From an uncultured Methanomicrobiales archaeon (GTDB taxonomy: Archaea > Halobacteriota > Methanomicrobia > Methanomicrobiales > Methanospirillaceae): a DNA stretch of 64,000 bases. Location of the stretch: the NCBI GenBank assembly GCA_963758915.1, contig CAVWXH010000002.1, positions 32,001 to 96,000 of the forward strand. Reading direction: 5' to 3'. The notes under the pieces are model-generated. The model had not been told where the DNA came from and did no database searches. It saw only the letters and a list, made by a program, of their open reading frames with translations. Positions within the stretch are counted from its first letter, which is position 1. The number at the start of each line of letters is the position of its first letter. Positions 63,290 through 64,000 of the stretch are shown here, piece by piece. Position numbers and translations under genes: made by a program.

Positions 63290-64000
63290 TCAAAATTCGG
63301 TTTCGGCAAGCACTTCGGCCGTTGGCCCCATGCTGACAATCCTCCCTCCCCTGACCAGGGCGACCCGGTCACACACATCCCTGACAAAGTCCATGTCATG
63401 CGAGACAAGGATGAATGTCTCGTCCATCTCGTCCCGGGCATGAAGGATGGAATGTTTTACGTCCATTTTTGTGATCGGGTCCATCGTCCCGGTGGGCTCA
63501 TCCAGGATCACGATTCGGGGCTCACGGATCAGGACCTGTGCAAGGGCGACCCGGTGACGCTCCCCGTCTGACAGTTCACCCGGAAAATGAGAGAGGACTT
63601 CCTTTGCTTTCGTGTCAGAGAAACCTGCCATGGCGAGGGTGATAAGGGCTTTCCGGATGGCAAGTTCCCGCGGGAATTCGAGGCCGATTGAATCGGTAAG
63701 GTTGTCGAGGACAGTGCGGTGCGGGAACAGGTCGTATTCCTGGTGAAGGAGACCGATGTACTCCTTTGCCCGTCCCCGCTGGTCAATTCCCGGGGTTGTC
63801 ATGTCGACCCAGTCATCCCCGATAAGAATATTCATCTCACCACTCGTGGGTTCTATAATGCCTGCAATAATCTGGGAAAGGGTCGTTTTTCCAGCGCCGC
63901 TTTTTCCTATGATGCCAAAAATCTCCTTCTTTGCGACGTCAAAGGAGACCATGTTTACCGCTTTGACGACACCGCGGTCAACCGAGATGTACCGCTTGGT
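63290..64000 (-). CDS. atwA: Methyl-coenzyme M reductase system component A2 (ABC-F-like ATPase), C-terminal part
   Basis: KRYISVDRGVVKAV, GKSGAGKTT, RGRAKEYIGLLHQEY.L, LSDGERHRVALAQVLI.EP, DEPTGTMDPITK. Confidence 0.92.
   Translation of the reverse strand, partial: TKRYISVDRGVVKAVNMVSFDVAKKEIFGIIGKSGAGKTTLSQIIAGIIEPTSGEMNILIGDDWVDMTTPGIDQRGRAKEYIGLLHQEYDLFPHRTVLDNLTDSIGLEFPRELAIRKALITLAMAGFSDTKAKEVLSHFPGELSDGERHRVALAQVLIREPRIVILDEPTGTMDPITKMDVKHSILHARDEMDETFILVSHDMDFVRDVCDRVALVRGGRIVSMGPTAEVLAETEF

Noticed and set aside
1-64000. CRISPR array, tRNA or rRNA genes
   Set aside because: No regularly spaced repeat-spacer pattern or cas genes were found, and the repeats are dispersed. No cloverleaf or rRNA signature was recognised by eye.

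Overview
Chromosomal segment of a hydrogenotrophic methanogenic archaeon. The gene set (atwA, pscS, DUF2150/DUF5814, REC-PAS kinases, AGC-lipobox proteins) points to Methanomicrobiales, probably Methanoregulaceae; this is inferred from protein motifs only. It encodes about 50 genes, including rad50/mre11, purL/purQ, an ornithine/lysine decarboxylase, SepCysSn-pscS, MscS, a large PAS/GAF histidine kinase, an ABC-2 exporter, two msrA paralogs, thiI, dinB, dapB, cooS and atwA. About a dozen genes are split by single-base indels, most likely assembly errors. No rRNA, tRNA, CRISPR array or transposase was seen. Main observations: (1) a dispersed ~260-bp MITE family with GGCTYTGTTGAAA termini, perfect 8-bp target-site duplications on two copies, at least 9 copies or remnants, and covarying internal hairpins; (2) a complete bacterial-type partner-switching module (LytS-SpoIIE phosphatase, RsbW-like kinase, STAS) in an organism lacking sigma factors, coupled to a metallo-beta-lactamase-fold enzyme with a degenerate kinase-like C-terminus; (3) an intact 860-aa Type IIG-like methyltransferase homolog with its catalytic motifs lost; (4) an MsrA paralog lacking the catalytic Cys, a NERD-TM-CAP fusion, a Desulfovibrio-type CX2C D-cluster CooS and a Bacteroidota-like dapB.
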